NCBI GenBank assembly: GCA_002269645.1
Contig: NIVC01000200.1
Span: 124,001 to 188,000, forward strand
DNA length: 64,000 nt
Reading direction: 5' to 3'
From: Macrostomum lignano
Taxonomy: Eukaryota
The notes under the pieces were generated by a model. That model was not told the origin of the DNA and searched no databases. It worked only from the letters and a program-made list of their open reading frames with translations. This document shows, in pieces, positions 10,516 to 25,049 of the stretch. The position numbers and the translations under genes were made by a program. Position 1 is the stretch's first letter; every line of letters begins with the position of its first letter.

Positions 10516-11197
10516 GTACTGCAATAAAAAAACACAAACAAAAGACCAACATGATAAAATCAGTTCAATTGATTTTGTGACAATTTGAAACAAAATGAGC
10601 CCAAGAAAACACGAAGTCCCTACACTGTGCGTGCACTCCGTAACGCATTTATTTATATATCGCTACAACTAAGAGTCATTATTATGTGTATAGGAGCATA
10701 CTAAGTTAATTTCTACTATCAATACTACAATATCGTAAAGATATAAACTCATTGAGATGTTCAAGCAAGTCTGTCTAACACAGAACTTAAGCCCATAAAA
10801 AAATAAATTATTAATAGACACTTAGATAAGACAATAATTGATGAATTGTTGACGGTCACGGGGTCGATAAGTCGGTAAAAGGAGAAGCAAAATAGTGGAT
10901 CAGAAAACAACGAATAACGAAAATATGGTCCTAGTACATGTCGAAAGAGAGCAAACATGCAAAGTGCAGTTTTAAACGAGATCGACTGTTTATTTTCTAT
11001 TTAAAAGTTTAATTTCATATTATAAATACTAATTAGCAAAGCTTACGTATAGTTAGTTTATAGACCAAGCTGCTCAGTGACAAACACCCTCAGCTAAGTC
11101 AAGCATCTGGGCTCGCAGATCCAGGGTCAGTAATAATAAAGCAGCACAATAAATCAACCATAGAGTCAACAGGTTCAACCAATAATGCAATAAAAGT

Positions 11198-14100
11198 TCA
11201 GTGCAGCCGAGACAGCTCCTCAAGGATTCTGATCAAGTCTTCAACTGTGCATGGGACGCTGTCGGACACTGCACTGCTGAAGTCCGTCTGAAATTAACCG
11301 ATAAAGTATATAACCTGTTGGAGAATTATGTTTAAATAATAGTGAGGGCTGTGCAGCTTCTGTACGCTGGCACAGAACTCATACACACGCTCACACAGGG
11401 TGCACGGGGCTCTTGCTTTCTAAAAACAGTACTGCTCCCTCTATGTAGATAGCTAGAGAAGATACACAGGGGGAAGAGTGAGATACACAAATAGGAGAGT
11501 GAGATACACAAATGGAAGAGTGAGATACACAAATGGAAGAGTGAGATACACAAATGGAAGAGTGAGATACACAAATAGGAGTGAGATACACAAATGGGAG
11601 AGTGAGATACAAAGGGGAGAGTGAGATACACAGGAGGAAGAGAGAGATACACAGGAGAAAGAGTGAGATACACAGGAGGAAGAGTGAGATACACAAGAGG
11701 AAGAGAGAGATACACAAGAGGAAGAGAGAGATACAAAAATGGGAGAGTGAGATACACAGGGGAGAGTGAGATACACAGGAGGAAGAGTGAGATACACAAG
11801 AGGAAGAGAGAGATACAAAAATGGGAGAGTGAGATACACAGGGGAGAGTGAGATACACAGGAGGAAGAGAGAGATACAAAAATGGGAGAGTGAGATACAC
11901 AGGGGAGAGTGAGATACACAGAAAAAGGGTAGATAAAGCAGACACACCGCACCTTTCTCGTGAGTCCCTGAGCGACAGTCTCGAGTTTGTCGCGTCCCAA
12001 ATCGAGCGCAGCTTCCAGCAGATCGCCATCAATGAAATCCTTAGCCGGTTCGGTCCTGTGCTCAGTCTCAAACGATCGATATTTGGAGTGCTCAACTCCG
12101 CCAACTCCGACTATAAGACTGGCTAGCCGGCGCTGCAATTCGTTGAGAAACTCGAACAGAGGCGGCGGTAGCTGACAGATGAGACCAACTGCGCCGCTTT
12201 GAGTAGCAAATAGAATTGGAGTGCTCACAGTGACCAGGCGTTCGCCTAATTGGCTCATTACTAATGAGCCGTGTTGGAAAGTGTTAACTGTGTCGCCTAG
12301 GTGGTACCAGGCGTTCTCCTGCGTGTGTGTGACAGGGCGCATTGCTTCTAAGAGATGATAATTGATCGGTAGCAATCAGTTTTAAAAAATTTAGAGTTGC
12401 TTCAGAACAGCTACATAGCAGAGTAACACAAAGGATAGGTGAGAGTAACACACAAATTGATAAGAATAGTGTAAGCAGGAAAGCCAGCGAAACACACAGA
12501 TCTAAGATAGTGACCCACAAAGATCTAAGAGACATGCAGATCTAAGAAAGTGACGCATACAAAAGAACTGATACACATGAGAGAGTGACACACATGAGAG
12601 AGTGACGCACACGGATCTAAGAGTGACGCACACGGATCTAAGAGTGACACACATGAGAGTGACGCACACGGATCTAAGGGTGACACACATAGAGAGTGAC
12701 GCACACGGATCTAAGAGTGACACACATGAGAGAGTGACGCACACGGATCTAAGAGTGACACACATGAGAGTGACGCACACGGATCTAAGGGTGACACACA
12801 TAGAGAGTGACGCACACGGATCTAAGAGTGACACACATGAGAGTGACGCACACGGATCTAAGAGTGACACACATGAGAGAGTGACGCACACGGATCTAAG
12901 GGTGACACACATAGAGAGTGACGCACACGGATCTAAGGGTGACACACATGAGAGAGTGACGCACATGAGAGAGTGACGCACATGAGAGAGTGACGCACAT
13001 GAGAGAGTGACGCACACGGATCTAAGAGTGACGCACACGGATCTAAGAGTGACACACATGAGAGTGACGCACACGGATCTAAGGGTGACACACATAGAGA
13101 GTGACGCACACGGATCTAAGAGTGACACACATGAGAGAGTGACGCACACGGATCTAAGAGTGACACACATGAGAGTGACGCACACGGATCTAAGGGTGAC
13201 ACACATAGAGAGTGACGCACACGGATCTAAGAGTGACACACATGAGAGTGACGCACACGGATCTAAGAGTGACACACATGAGAGAGTGACGCACACGGAT
13301 CTAAGAGTGACACACATGAGAGTGACGCACACGGATCTAAGGGTGACACACATAGAGAGTGACGCACACGGATCTAAGAGTGACACACATGAGAGTGACG
13401 CACACGGATCTAAGAGTGACACACATGAGAGAGTGACGCACACGGATCTAAGAGTGACACACATGAGAGAGTGACGCACACGGATCTAAGGGTGACACAC
13501 ATGAGAGAGTGACGCACATGAGAGAGTGACGCACATGAGAGAGTGACGCACACGGATCTAAGAGTGACGCACACGGATCTAAGAGTGACACACATGAGAG
13601 TGACGCACACGGATCTAAGGGTGACACACATAGAGAGTGACGCACACGGATCTAAGAGTGACACACATGAGAGAGTGACGCACACGGATCTAAGAGTGAC
13701 ACACATGAGAGTGACGCACACGGATCTAAGGGTGACACACATAGAGAGTGACGCACACGGATCTAAGAGTGACACACATGAGAGTGACGCACACGGATCT
13801 AAGAGTGACACACATGAGAGAGTGACGCACACGGATCTAAGAGTGACACACATGAGAGAGTGACGCACACGGATCTAAGGGTGACACACATGAGAGAGTG
13901 ACGCACACGGATCTAAGAGTGACACGCATGAGAGAGTGACGCAAACGGAACTAAGAGTGACACGCATGAGAGAGTGACGCACACGGATCTAAGGGTGACA
14001 CGCATGAGAGAGTGACACACACGGATCTAAGAGTGACACACATGAGAGAGTGACGCACACGGATCTAAGAGTGACACACATGAGAGAGTGACGCACACGG

Positions 14101-17100
14101 ATCTAAGAGTGACACGCATGAGAGAGTGACACACACGGATCTAAGAGTGACACGCATGAGAGAGTGACACACACGGATCTAAGAGTGACACGCATGAGAG
14201 TGACATATAAGAGTGACACGCATGAGAGTGACACATAAGAGTGACACGCATGAGAGTGACACATAAGAGTGACCCGCATGAGAGTGACACACATAAGAGT
14301 GACACACACAAGAGAGTGACACAAACCTGCAGTCTTGGCCTCTCCTCCCCGCCAGAGTTCTCCGACTCTCTTGAGCACACAAACAGATTGCCGCAATTCT
14401 CTGCGCCCAGAAATGCATCGTCGTCGATAATTTCAATGGCGAACATCCAGTTAGGCGCGTGATCTCTGGCGATCTCTTCCAGACTGGTTTCGACCGGCTT
14501 GTACAGCAGCAGGGACATGCTGCGTAGCAGGTCGCCAACCAGAGCGAAATCCCCTTTAGTTTTGAGGTACAGAGCGATGATGTTGTTAAAGTGGGAGCAT
14601 TCCAATCGGAGTTCCCGTTCGTTTTCGCTCCATTCGAATAGGCGGACGGAACTGTTAACGCAGACCAGAAGGCGCTGGTTGAAGCAGCACATTGAGTAGG
14701 GCGCGCCTCGGATCTCCTTCTCCGCTACCTGGCGGGCGGGAAATTGGGAAGCTGCTAGTGAGCGACAGCTGATCAGATGGGGAAATCTCAACTTCTAGAA
14801 GATTATATCAGATGGGGAAATCTCAACTTCTAGGAGATTCTATCAGATGGGGAAATCTCAACTTCTAGGAGATTCTATCAGATGGGGAAATCTCAACTTC
14901 TAGGAGATGCTATCAGATGGGGAAATCTCAACTTCTAGGATATTCTATCAGATGGGGAAATCCCAACTTCTAGGAGATTCTATCAGATGGGGAAATCTCA
15001 ACTTCTAGGAGATTCTATCAGATGGGGAAATCTCAACTTCTAGGAGATTAAATAGATAGGGAAATCTCAACTTCTAGGAGATTCAATAGATAGGGAAATC
15101 TCAACTTCTAAGAGATTCAATAGATAGGGAAATCTCAACTTCTAGGAGATTCTATCAGATGGGGAAATCTCAGCTTAGGGAGAGATTCTCTTAAATGGGG
15201 AAATCCCAGATTAGGGGAGATTCTATGAAAATGGGGAAATCCCGAAGTAGGAGAGATTCTCTCAAATGGCGAAATCTCATCTCGAGGGAGATTTTCTCAA
15301 ATATTATCTGGAAAAAATATCAGATGTCTATAGATCAATGATAAGTACCCAGAAGAGCTTAGCTAATATCAGAAGCAATACCTTAGTCAGATAAGGACTA
15401 TCTGCGGAATACTGCAGCATTAGCAGCCTCCCAGCAGACGGTTCAGACTCATTAGGCCGTATATAGCAGGTGCCAACTACGAAATAGGTGGCGCAATCGG
15501 TGCCAAACTGGCCTGAGGTGATACTAGTGGCAGTCTCAACGCAGCTCGGATTCGATGGAAACTGCATCGAGCAGAGCGGTTGCAAAGAATTCTGTTCTAG
15601 CAGTACTACAGAGGTCACTTCGAGTTCTTCATCAACTTCGGCTGATGAGGCTGCGGCGGCGGCGGCAGCAGCGGCGGCGGAAGCTACGGTGGCAGCGGCG
15701 CCGACCATACCGGACGCGTGCGGATGATGTCGCTTGCCGGCAGCTGTGGCGGCTCCATCCGGTGTGAGCTGGATCGGGGCAGTGACAGAGACAGAGGATC
15801 TGGCAGGAGCATAGCCGCCTTCGTGACGCAGATCAACCCGGGAGGTGACCACGGCTAGGGTGCCGGACTCGGGTTGGTGAGCCACCTTTCTGGCAGATTC
15901 GCCTAGCGGCAGAGTTCGAATGTGCAGCTTCTGCATGTCGTCTATGGTGCCGAATAGTAACTGGCTGTTGGTTACTAGGCAGATGCACTGTTGCGGCTGC
16001 TGGGCATCGCTAGACGCTGCTGATAGTAGTATAGGGCACACGTAATTCACTTGGCGAGTGTTCACGTGGGAGATTACCTGGTTGAAGGGTTTGGTCATTT
16101 TTTATATGATAGGGATATACTCAGGTGATGAGTGGGGTATACTCAGGTGATGAGTGGGGTATACTCAGGTGATGAGTGGGGGTATACTCAGGTGATGAGT
16201 GGGGGTATACTCAGGTGATGAGTGGGGTATACTCAGGTGATGAGTGGGGTATACTCAGGTGATGAGTGGGGATATACTCAGGTGATGAGTGGGGGTATAC
16301 TCAGGTGATGAGTGGGGTATACTCAGGTGATGAGTGGGGTATACTCAGGTGATGAGTGGGGTATACTCAGGTGATGAGTGGGGTATACTCAGGTGATGAG
16401 AGGGGATATACTCAGGTGATGGGTGGCGTTAAATAGTAAAAACTCACCAGCTTCCCCGAAACGCAGTGAGCAATGGCTGGTCTGTCAGTGCAGACAAACA
16501 AGCTCTGAGAAGGCAGCCAGCACAATCCCATAGGTTGAGTACCAATAATCACGTGCTTCCTATTAACCAGAGCGGGCCCGGGTACAACGGTAAAGTACAC
16601 CATTGTGCCGTCCCCGATGCCAACGAATAGATAAACACCGCAGGGCATTGTGGCCAGGACTATGGAGCGCGGAATGATCTGCAACAGTAATTGGAGTGGG
16701 ATGAATAGAGATAAATATAATAGGTCAACATGACACACCTGCATATAGATCTAATGGGTGTAAACATACTGCAGATAGATCTAATGGGTCAACATGACAC
16801 ACCTGCATATAGATCTAATGGGTGTAAACATACTGCAGATAGATCTAATGGGTCAACATGACACACCAGCATATAGATCTAATGGGTCAACATACTGCAG
16901 ATAGATCTAATGGGTCAACATACTGCAGATAGATCTAATGGGTCAACATACTGCAGATAGATCTAATGGGTCAACATACTGCAGATAGATCTAATCGGTA
17001 AACATGCTGCAGATAGATCTAATGGGTCAACATACTGCAGATAGATCTAATGGGTCATTATACTGCAGATAGATCTAATGGTTCAACATACTGCAGATAG

Positions 17101-20100
17101 ATCTAATGGGTCATCATACTGCAGATAGATCTAATGGGTCAACATACTGCAGATAGATCTAATGGGTCATCATACTGCAGATAGATCTAATGGGTCAACA
17201 TACTGCAGATAGATCTAATGGGTCAACATACTGCAGATAGATCTAATGGTTCAACATACTGCAGATAGATCTAAGCAGGTCAAAAACACAAACCTGAACG
17301 CCAAGCGGTTCCATGCAGACCTCCTCAAGATTGCTCAGCCGCAGCAGTCGCACAGAGATCTCAACCCACAGGCCAACAGCTACAATACCGCTGCCATCAT
17401 CAAATCCATCTGGCAATGGCGTGGCATCGATGCAGGCCACTTCGTTTGGCAGCTCGCGTTCGGCTAGCACAGTCAAAGTGCCTTCGCCAATTGCTAGACA
17501 GGTGAGCTGTCGGCCAATAGCTATTAGCAGGTGACGCTGTCCGGCTCCGCAGACGGACACTGTCCGACCAGATGGTGGCAGCCATTCAGCTAGTCGACGC
17601 TTGCCAGTGGAATCCAATAGGCGAGCGGACTGCGGCGTGACCTGACATTTTATATTAATTAAATTTTGGTTACTCTGTTCATTATGTGCTACTTATAAAA
17701 CATTTAATCAGTAGTGTAGTATGGAAATAAACTGCAAAAAACATTTCAAAACCAATATGCCTGCTACTTAAGATTATTGATTATCATTACCTGAACAATC
17801 TGACCGCCAAGAACATTCTGGCACAGGTAGGTGCGTTCGGCAGTTTCAAATGCGGGCATTGGCACCTCCTCAATCTCCATAGCCGGATCGCAGGGCGAAC
17901 AGCTCATTAATAGAGTCTTGGTCTGATTCTGGAAGGTGATAATGATGAAGTTATCAAAGCTGCTGCCAGCTGTTCGCAGATTCCAGACGCCTTTGATGCC
18001 GGCCAGATCGATGTTAACCATCTCGTTGATGCCGACTCCGCTGCGAATGATTCTCAGACTGCCGTCCTTGAATGCGCCAGAACAGGTGACTAGCTGTCCC
18101 TGGCCCAGGTTGTCAATGTCAACAACTGCCATGTCAACCACTGGTGCAATATTGACAAAGCTTTCCAATACGCTAACAAAATTGCCCGAACTATCGGCCT
18201 CTACTAATAGGCGAATTAATTGACTGTCGCCGAAACGGGAGCCAATGAAAACAACATTGTTGTCAAGGTAACTGATTGTCTCCGGTATAGAAATTTCGCC
18301 GAGTAGTTCCACCTGGAAATGTTTTTACATTGAAGTTGATTGTAGTAATTAGATGCCGAGGCAATTATTTCATAGTTACTCCCGCCGTTTACCCAGCACA
18401 AGTTAAGCTAAAACGTTTTGAGTTTTGAGCCAGCAGAAATAGACTTGATCCTGCTAGTTAGAACGAGTTCTAACAAATCAATAAAACTGAGCTCAAATGT
18501 TATTTTAAACACCAACAGACCTTCATATCTTTGACTCGGTCGCCTTCCCTCTCTAGGAACAGCATGAACAGCCGGCCGGCCATGTCGCCCAATAGGAATC
18601 GATTGCAATCCAATCGATCAAAGGCCAGCATTGGCGAAGTTCGAATCACTGGCGGGGCGATGGTTTTTAATGAGCCGTCCTTTGAACGGATTGTCACGGT
18701 CTCTTGGCCTACTATTAGTAGGCCCGGATGCGGCATTGGCAGCGGAATTAGCATAGATGCCTGTCAATGGAAATAAGTAATTTAACAATTAGTTGAGTTT
18801 CTTAGAAGCACAAGAGCCAATAATCGGGTAAGTCGGACCAGTTTCTTAGAAAGCGATTTCATTGAATGGCGAGGTGATTGGTTTCTTACAAATATTGGAT
18901 AAATGATTTCTTAGAATGATTACGTATTTTATTTCTTAAAATTGCTTGAATAATATTTTTTTAAATGGCTGGGAATTTTTATTTGAATTGCTAGGTAAGT
19001 AATGCCTTAGAATTGCTGGGTAAGTGGTTTCTTGGAATCGCTGGGTAAATGATTTCTTGGAATCACTGGGTAAGTGGTTTCTTGGAATCGCTGGGTAAAT
19101 GATTTCTTGGAATCGCTGGGTAAGTGGTTTCTTGGAATCGCTGGGTAAATGATTTCTTGGAATCACTGGGTAAGTGGTTTCTTGGAATCGCTGGGTAAGT
19201 GGTTTCTTGGAATCGCTGGGTAAGTGGTTTCTTGGAATCGCTGGGTAAGTGATTTCTTGGAATCGCTGGGTAAGTGGTTTCTTGGAATCGCTGGGTAAGT
19301 GATTTCTTGGAATCACTGGGTAAGTGGTTTCTTGGAATCGCTGGGTAAATGATTTCTTGGAATCACTGGGTAAATGATTTCTTGGAATCACTGGGTAAGT
19401 GATTTCTTGGAATCGCTGGGTAAGTGATTTCTTGGAATAAGAACAGCTTTATAAAAGCGATTTCTCGAATGAACATTAGAAATCGGTGTGGCTAATTAAT
19501 ATATAATAAAATATGCAAGTTATTGTACCTGTGCTTGAATAGAATCAATTTTCCAAGGCCCCGGCGCCAGATCTCTGGTGTCGCAATTGATTTCCACAGT
19601 TTTCAGATGACGCCCAACAGAATCCTGAGTTATATAGGCAATCGTAGGATTCACTCCGTCGATGAAAGTCATATCGACCAAGTCGATCTCTTCGATTCGA
19701 ACATTGAAAGCTTTCAACGTGTCCGGTCCGGCCTCCGGATTGTAGGGCTTCTGAACAAAGGACACTGGAATAACCTTCAGCAGGCCTTCGTATAGTTGCA
19801 AAGCCACTACACGACCGCGAGGATCCACAATGCCCAGCGGACCGTTCTCAGATTGTCTACCAATTCGTTCGTGCAGATTGCCAGAGGCCAGTGTCACCAC
19901 CTTCAGGCAGTGGCTGTTGTCAGCTAAATCATCACCAGCAGCCTCAGTAGCTTCCATCATTGACAAGCCAGCGTTGTCTACCTGGCATTCCAGTATCATG
20001 GCGTCCTTCTTTTGTGTCAGCAGGAAAATCAAATCGGTGCCAGATGATCGACCCTGCGCGAAAGAAATAAAAAGTAATAAAGCTAGCTGTATGCTTTTCT

Positions 20101-23100
20101 GAGAACTCTATAAAAATATAGGCAGGCTAGAATGTTTTTAGTAAATATAGGGCGGTTTTTTTCAAAGAAGGGAAGGATTTCTAGTATTATTATTGCCAGG
20201 AAAATAATACTTAGACACGATGTGGCAACTTTTACTGTGCTATTCGGCATCCAACAACAACAGTCAGGCGTGGGACAATGTCAACAGGGCGCGTTTCAGG
20301 GCCTTGGCGCCAGCGTAGGCAGCACAGCCGGCATCAGCCAGCAGGCAGTCGACGAAACGCCGAGTGCGCGCCTGCAGCGTCAGCAGCAGCACCTCCTGCA
20401 CCGGCTGACAGCGTGGAAGCCTCGTCACCTGCCCATCAGCGCCTCGACAGAAAATTGCAGTCTCGATGTCGTCCGGAACGCAGAGCACGACGGTCTTCTG
20501 CGTGTTGACTACCAGGCCAACACTCGCCCAGCCAAGCAACAGAACGAACAGGAACGGCGCAAGCGCATCTCGATGAAGCACCCCGGACTTCGGAGGATGT
20601 CTTAAAGAAGTCCGATAGGCCGTCCAGTCTTGAAACAGCAGCTTTCGTATCACGGTACATCGCCATGATGGCGAATATCAGCTGCTCTGGCACGTTGTAC
20701 GCACAGATCACCTTTGGGAGCACAGACCTTACGGCCGAGTCGAATGCCTTCTTGATGTCTATGAAGATGACAATCAGGATCGATTGGGGTGTCCGCGCTT
20801 CCTCGATAACTTGCTGAATAGCCAGGATCTGCTGCGTTACTGTGCCGCGATGGGGCCGGAAGCCGTTCTGCTCAGGACGCAGGTACGGATCCAGTACGGG
20901 CTGCAACTGCGATAACAGCATCCGGATGAACAACTTCGCAGTGCAGGACTGAAGGCAGATACCTCGATGCTCCTCTAGCCGTGTGGTGTCCGGCTTTTTA
21001 GGAACTGCGACGATGTGCACCGTGGTCCATTCGTTGGGAGCACGCGATTCATCACCCTGGCGACCTCACTGGCCACACAGTAGATGCGCGGCAGAGACGG
21101 CCCGAATGGCGTCATCAACAGCAGTCTGCAGTCGCTGCAGATAGACAGCCGCCAAGGCCTCCTCTGCCTCGCGGGTTGGTCTCCTGCTCAAGCGGAGTCT
21201 TTCCAGCTCTTCCCTCGCTTGCCGAATCGCGGAGTCGTCTTGCCATACCGGCTGCCCCTACTAGGCTGGTCGTATCAGCGGGACTGCTTGTTCCACAGCA
21301 GCTCGAACAGCAGCACACAACTCCACGTACTCGGCACCTCCACGCTTGCCGCCGAGCGCAGTGATGAAAGTGCTGGTAAAGCGGCTGTTTGTGTCAACAT
21401 CCAGATTGTGACTTGTGAGACAAAGGTCACAGATGAGGAGTCGATGATCGAACTGCAGAGTCAGCGGCCTGATGGCATTGTTACTGGCATCCTGGGTCTT
21501 AATTTGAGATGCCGAGTTGAAAAAGTTCAAAATCAAATAAAATACCTGCGCCTTTTAGATCCACAGAGGTCTGCAGACTCTATGCTTACAGGGTACTTAA
21601 ATCTGACAGTTAATATAAGTCTTGAAATTCCAGTGATTATAAATTTATTGATCCTTCAATCAAATTTGAATAACAAAAAAAACAAATGGCAGCCAGATTG
21701 AAAAATGGGTTACTAATTTGGCATCTGGAGATGATATGCCATGACATAAAAACCCAGCTGATATTACTAGATAATAAAATAGATACCTGAGGCTGAAATC
21801 CAAGCAGTACACTGATCTTGCCATATATAGAGATCTCCTTAATAGTCTTGACGCCACTGGAGCTGACAACATGTAACTCGAGAGTGTTGTGCTTGGCAAC
21901 TAGCAAATTTCTATGATTCTTGCCAGTGAAATGACCTGTTGTTGAGTTGATGTTATGATTAATTATTATTAAGTATAAGTGATACACATAACTTATCAAA
22001 AGCAATATAAACTTGAAAAAGATGATATCAAAACAAAAAATAGGCCTAACTGAAAAATGTTACTTTTACAAACTAGAAAATCAAATAATGCTTAAAAGCC
22101 CACTAAAATAAAATAAAACACTACCAAACTTTTGTAATTTGAGAACTTGAAAAGCCTAATAAATCAAATAAGCAAATAAATGAAAGAAAAGTATATTGAA
22201 TAAAATCTTATAATTTTTTATTTGGTATAACAGTCTTTTATAAATTTCTATGAACTAATCTTTAGAGATCCTTTTTCAAATCAAATATAGTATATTTTTT
22301 GTTTGTTTTAACTATTAAATACTATATTTTAGCCAAGGTCTAAAATGCACTAGACACCCCCTTTGAATACTTAATGGCACCAATATGCCAGATTGTGTCT
22401 ATATAACTAGGAGTCAATCCCCACAAGACACTGTCTACAATAATGGCCATTGGCTGCCATAAGGATTTAAAATATATTTTTCTTTTGTTTTTACCTATAT
22501 ACCTTTTTACAATTTTTTGTATTTGATTAGATTGGTTTTGCAACAAACTCTTTATGGCCACCATCACCTAGCTAGGTAAGCTAAATATTTAACATGTAAA
22601 GATAAATAGCAAAATTAGTTTTAGTCTTTAAAATAGGTTAGGCTTATCAATTATCATTCATTTATTGTTCTATATCAGTGGCGGCACAGTACCTCCTATT
22701 GGGGGGAGGGGGTGGTAGTTGGGTGGTCACCTCTTCCCCTAGCAAATTTTCTGAATTAGAGTAGTGCATTACTCTAAAATCTCACAAAAGTGCATATAAT
22801 AAGCTTATAATAAACAATTATGGTGGGTTACCCTATAAAGGGATAGAGATGTTCCGAAATTTTGATTTCGATTTCGATTTTCCGAAATTCGGATTTTTTA
22901 GAGCAAATTTTGATTTCGAAAAAATTTTGGAAGTCAAAATTTCGGAAGTGCCTACTTCTGAAATTTTTATTTGATTTTAGTTTTTTTAGAACTTTGTTAC
23001 TGTCTTTTATCGGTGATATTATACAGTTTTTACATGTAAAACTTTTTGAATTTGTTAAAACTGTTCCATGCATGTAGGACATGTAATATGGTAGTTTGTA

Positions 23101-25049
23101 CATGTGGAACTGTAAATTTTCGTAAATTTTGTTGCACTTTAAAGCTGCAAAAGTGTCTGCTGATATATTGCATATTTTTCGCATTTTACAGTATATATAT
23201 GTACATTTACTGTACATGTACATGCATTATTGTTTACACGATCTCAGTTATTGCTAGTCATGCAGTACTGATACATGTACATTTTAACTGTACATTTTAT
23301 ACATGTACAACTCAGTATACACCCTATACCCTACCGCCTAGACGGATAAAGGCAGAGAAATTTGTTTTGTCTAGCAGGGAAAAGGCGCGCTTTGCTGCCG
23401 TGCTTTAATACCGTCTAGTAATGCAATATACGCGCCTTAGTGTTTCTTTTAAAGGCACTAGTTCAAATAAATTACTTAACACATTTACAGTATATGTAGT
23501 TTTTGCGTCGAAAAAAAATTTTGCATTTAAAAGTGGCAATGAGGGATTCTACTTATTTAGTGGCCCAAAATAAACGAACTTCTGCTAAACATACATGTAT
23601 TTTGTTTTGCATGAGCAGTAAATCGAAAGTAGAAAAGTGAGTGTCGGTTGTACTAAACTTTGTTTTTCTGAATTACGATTTCGGAAAATTTCGATTTCGA
23701 TTTCAATTTCGATTTTGATAGAAAATTCGCTTTCGGAACATCTCTATAAAGGGATAGGAGGGTAGTCACCCCTAAGGAGATAAGAGGGTTATCACCCAAG
23801 GGCAATATCCCCTCTGCCCTCCACCTATGCTACCATTGCTCTACATTGAATTCCAATATAGATTGGTGCCAACAATGTTTCTAGATAAACTCAAAACACT
23901 AAATAAAAGAGGATATACAAAAATTAATATGTCAATATTATATTATTAAAGAAAATTATATTTATAAGGTAAAAAAACAATTAATATATAATGTATATAC
24001 TTTTAAAGTAGGCCTAAGTCTTTAATAGACTCTGTTTAACAAACTGTCTAACAATATTTAATAAATAACTAGGCTTAGGCCTAGCAAAGGATCTTTATTT
24101 CTATTTTATATTTTAAAATTAGAAATTTTTAGATAATAAACTCAAAATCAGTTAAATTCTAAAAAAATGTTTATTAGTATTACTTATGCACTTAAGCCTA
24201 GGCCTAAGGTTTAAATAAAATATTCTGGCTTTATTCTATTTTCAAAGATGTTATTCATAGAACTAAATAATAATTTAAAAAGTTTTAGTTTTAGGCCTAG
24301 TATATAAAATAAATTTTGAAATCATTCAAGGCCTATTTTTATATACTAAAAACTTGAACAAAATAGTTCAATAAATAGAACATAATTATAACAACATTAT
24401 ATGCAAATTTGTAGACAGTATAGCATTCAATTATATAGATATAAGATAGTTAGTTTTTATATCATATTTAACATTAAGAAATTTCTTAGCCAGGATGGAT
24501 GTACTGTCCCCAGAAAAATTTCTGATCAAATGGTGCAAGTTTGAAGAAAATTGGTTGAGCAATTTTTTCTGAAATCTATTGCATAGCTATAGACAACTCA
24601 TTTTTAGTATATGGATTTAACTGTCTTCTTTCTGGACAATTTTGAATCTTTTGGCGAAAACGCGATCAAAATCAGTCAAGAATAGCGAGCTCTAGAGCGT
24701 TATGGACATTCAAGCAAACATACAAACCTTAGAGATTTAGTATATTTGGATGGATTCATAAATCATAGCATAGGTCTATATTGCAAGCCATAGGCTAAGG
24801 CACAAGTTAAGTAAGTCATAGCCATGCGAGTTAAATACAATGTAAAAAAATTTATTAGAAATAAAAAAATGTATAAATAAAACCTTCATTTAAAATTATG
24901 AGACTAATGAACTTTCATAGATACAAAAAACAAATATATTACATGGATTCACTATCGTCTATTCAGTATTCTATCTTATCAGGCATACCTGTAAGAGAGC
25001 AGCTTACTGCAGTAGATCGTTGGGCTGTTACAATATAATTTTTCGACAT
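11198..25049 (-). CDS. DDB1: DNA damage-binding protein 1 (CUL4 adaptor); exons 25049-24989, 21935-21787, 20053-19529, 18760-18521, 18312-17791, 17641-17294, 16678-16448, 16077-15382, 14728-14327, 12318-11953, 11287-11198; about 1209 aa
   Basis: Starts [19 protein letters not shown]; includes [50 protein letters not shown] and FIDGDLLE; ends [15 protein letters not shown]. All introns are GT-AG with consistent phases. Confidence 0.96.
11455..11922. repeat. Minisatellite, ~21-nt unit (gagtgagatacac...), DDB1 intron 10
   Basis: Tandem array visible. Confidence 0.93.
12575..14322. repeat. Composite minisatellite (gagtgacgcacacggatctaa / gagtgacacacat) with higher-order blocks, DDB1 intron 9
   Basis: Tandem array visible. 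Confidence 0.95.
14775..15300. repeat. Minisatellite, 35-nt unit, DDB1 intron 8
   Basis: gatggggaaatctcaacttctaggagattctatca repeated. Confidence 0.93.
16113..16421. repeat. Minisatellite, 22-nt unit, DDB1 intron 7
   Basis: ctcaggtgatgagtggggtata repeated. Confidence 0.95.
16743..17273. repeat. Minisatellite, 28-nt unit, DDB1 intron 6
   Basis: gcagatagatctaatgggtcaacatact repeated. Confidence 0.95.
19015..19437. repeat. Minisatellite, 25-nt unit, DDB1 intron 3
   Basis: gatttcttggaatcgctgggtaagt repeated. Confidence 0.95.
20245..21590 (-). mobile_element. Degenerate non-LTR retrotransposon fragment (RTE-like) in DDB1 intron 2, same orientation as the gene
   Basis: RT motifs [43 protein letters not shown] and [13 protein letters not shown]; an endonuclease-tail-like DHRLL upstream; frameshifts; the YADD segment is missing; short (TGT)n 3' tail. 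Boundaries are approximate. Confidence 0.85.
22676..23838. mobile_element. Older hAT-type MITE (outer element) in DDB1 intron 1
   Basis: Degenerate TIRs cagtggcggcacag / ctatgctaccattg, flanked by near-matching 8-mers ttctatat / ctctacat. Confidence 0.55.
22844..23746. mobile_element. Young hAT-type MITE, 903 bp, nested in the older element
   Basis: Perfect 16-bp TIR tagagatgttccgaaa / tttcggaacatctcta; perfect 8-bp TSD taaaggga (22836-22843, 23747-23754); subterminal atttcg repeats; no transposase ORF. Confidence 0.9.

Noticed and set aside
15620-15780. Poly-Ala insertion in DDB1, and poly-Gln tracts in TSC2 and PHF12
   Set aside because: They fall in variable loops and match the low-complexity bias seen in all genes here.
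24480-24760. Possible Helitron/DINE-like non-autonomous element in DDB1 intron 1
   Set aside because: Only a vague compositional resemblance; no termini or hairpin that I could define.
6622-25049. Functional module of DDB1 with neighbouring propeller proteins as CRL4 substrate receptors
   Set aside because: No WDxR or recognisable H-box motif; other copies sit next to unrelated genes; adjacency alone is not evidence.
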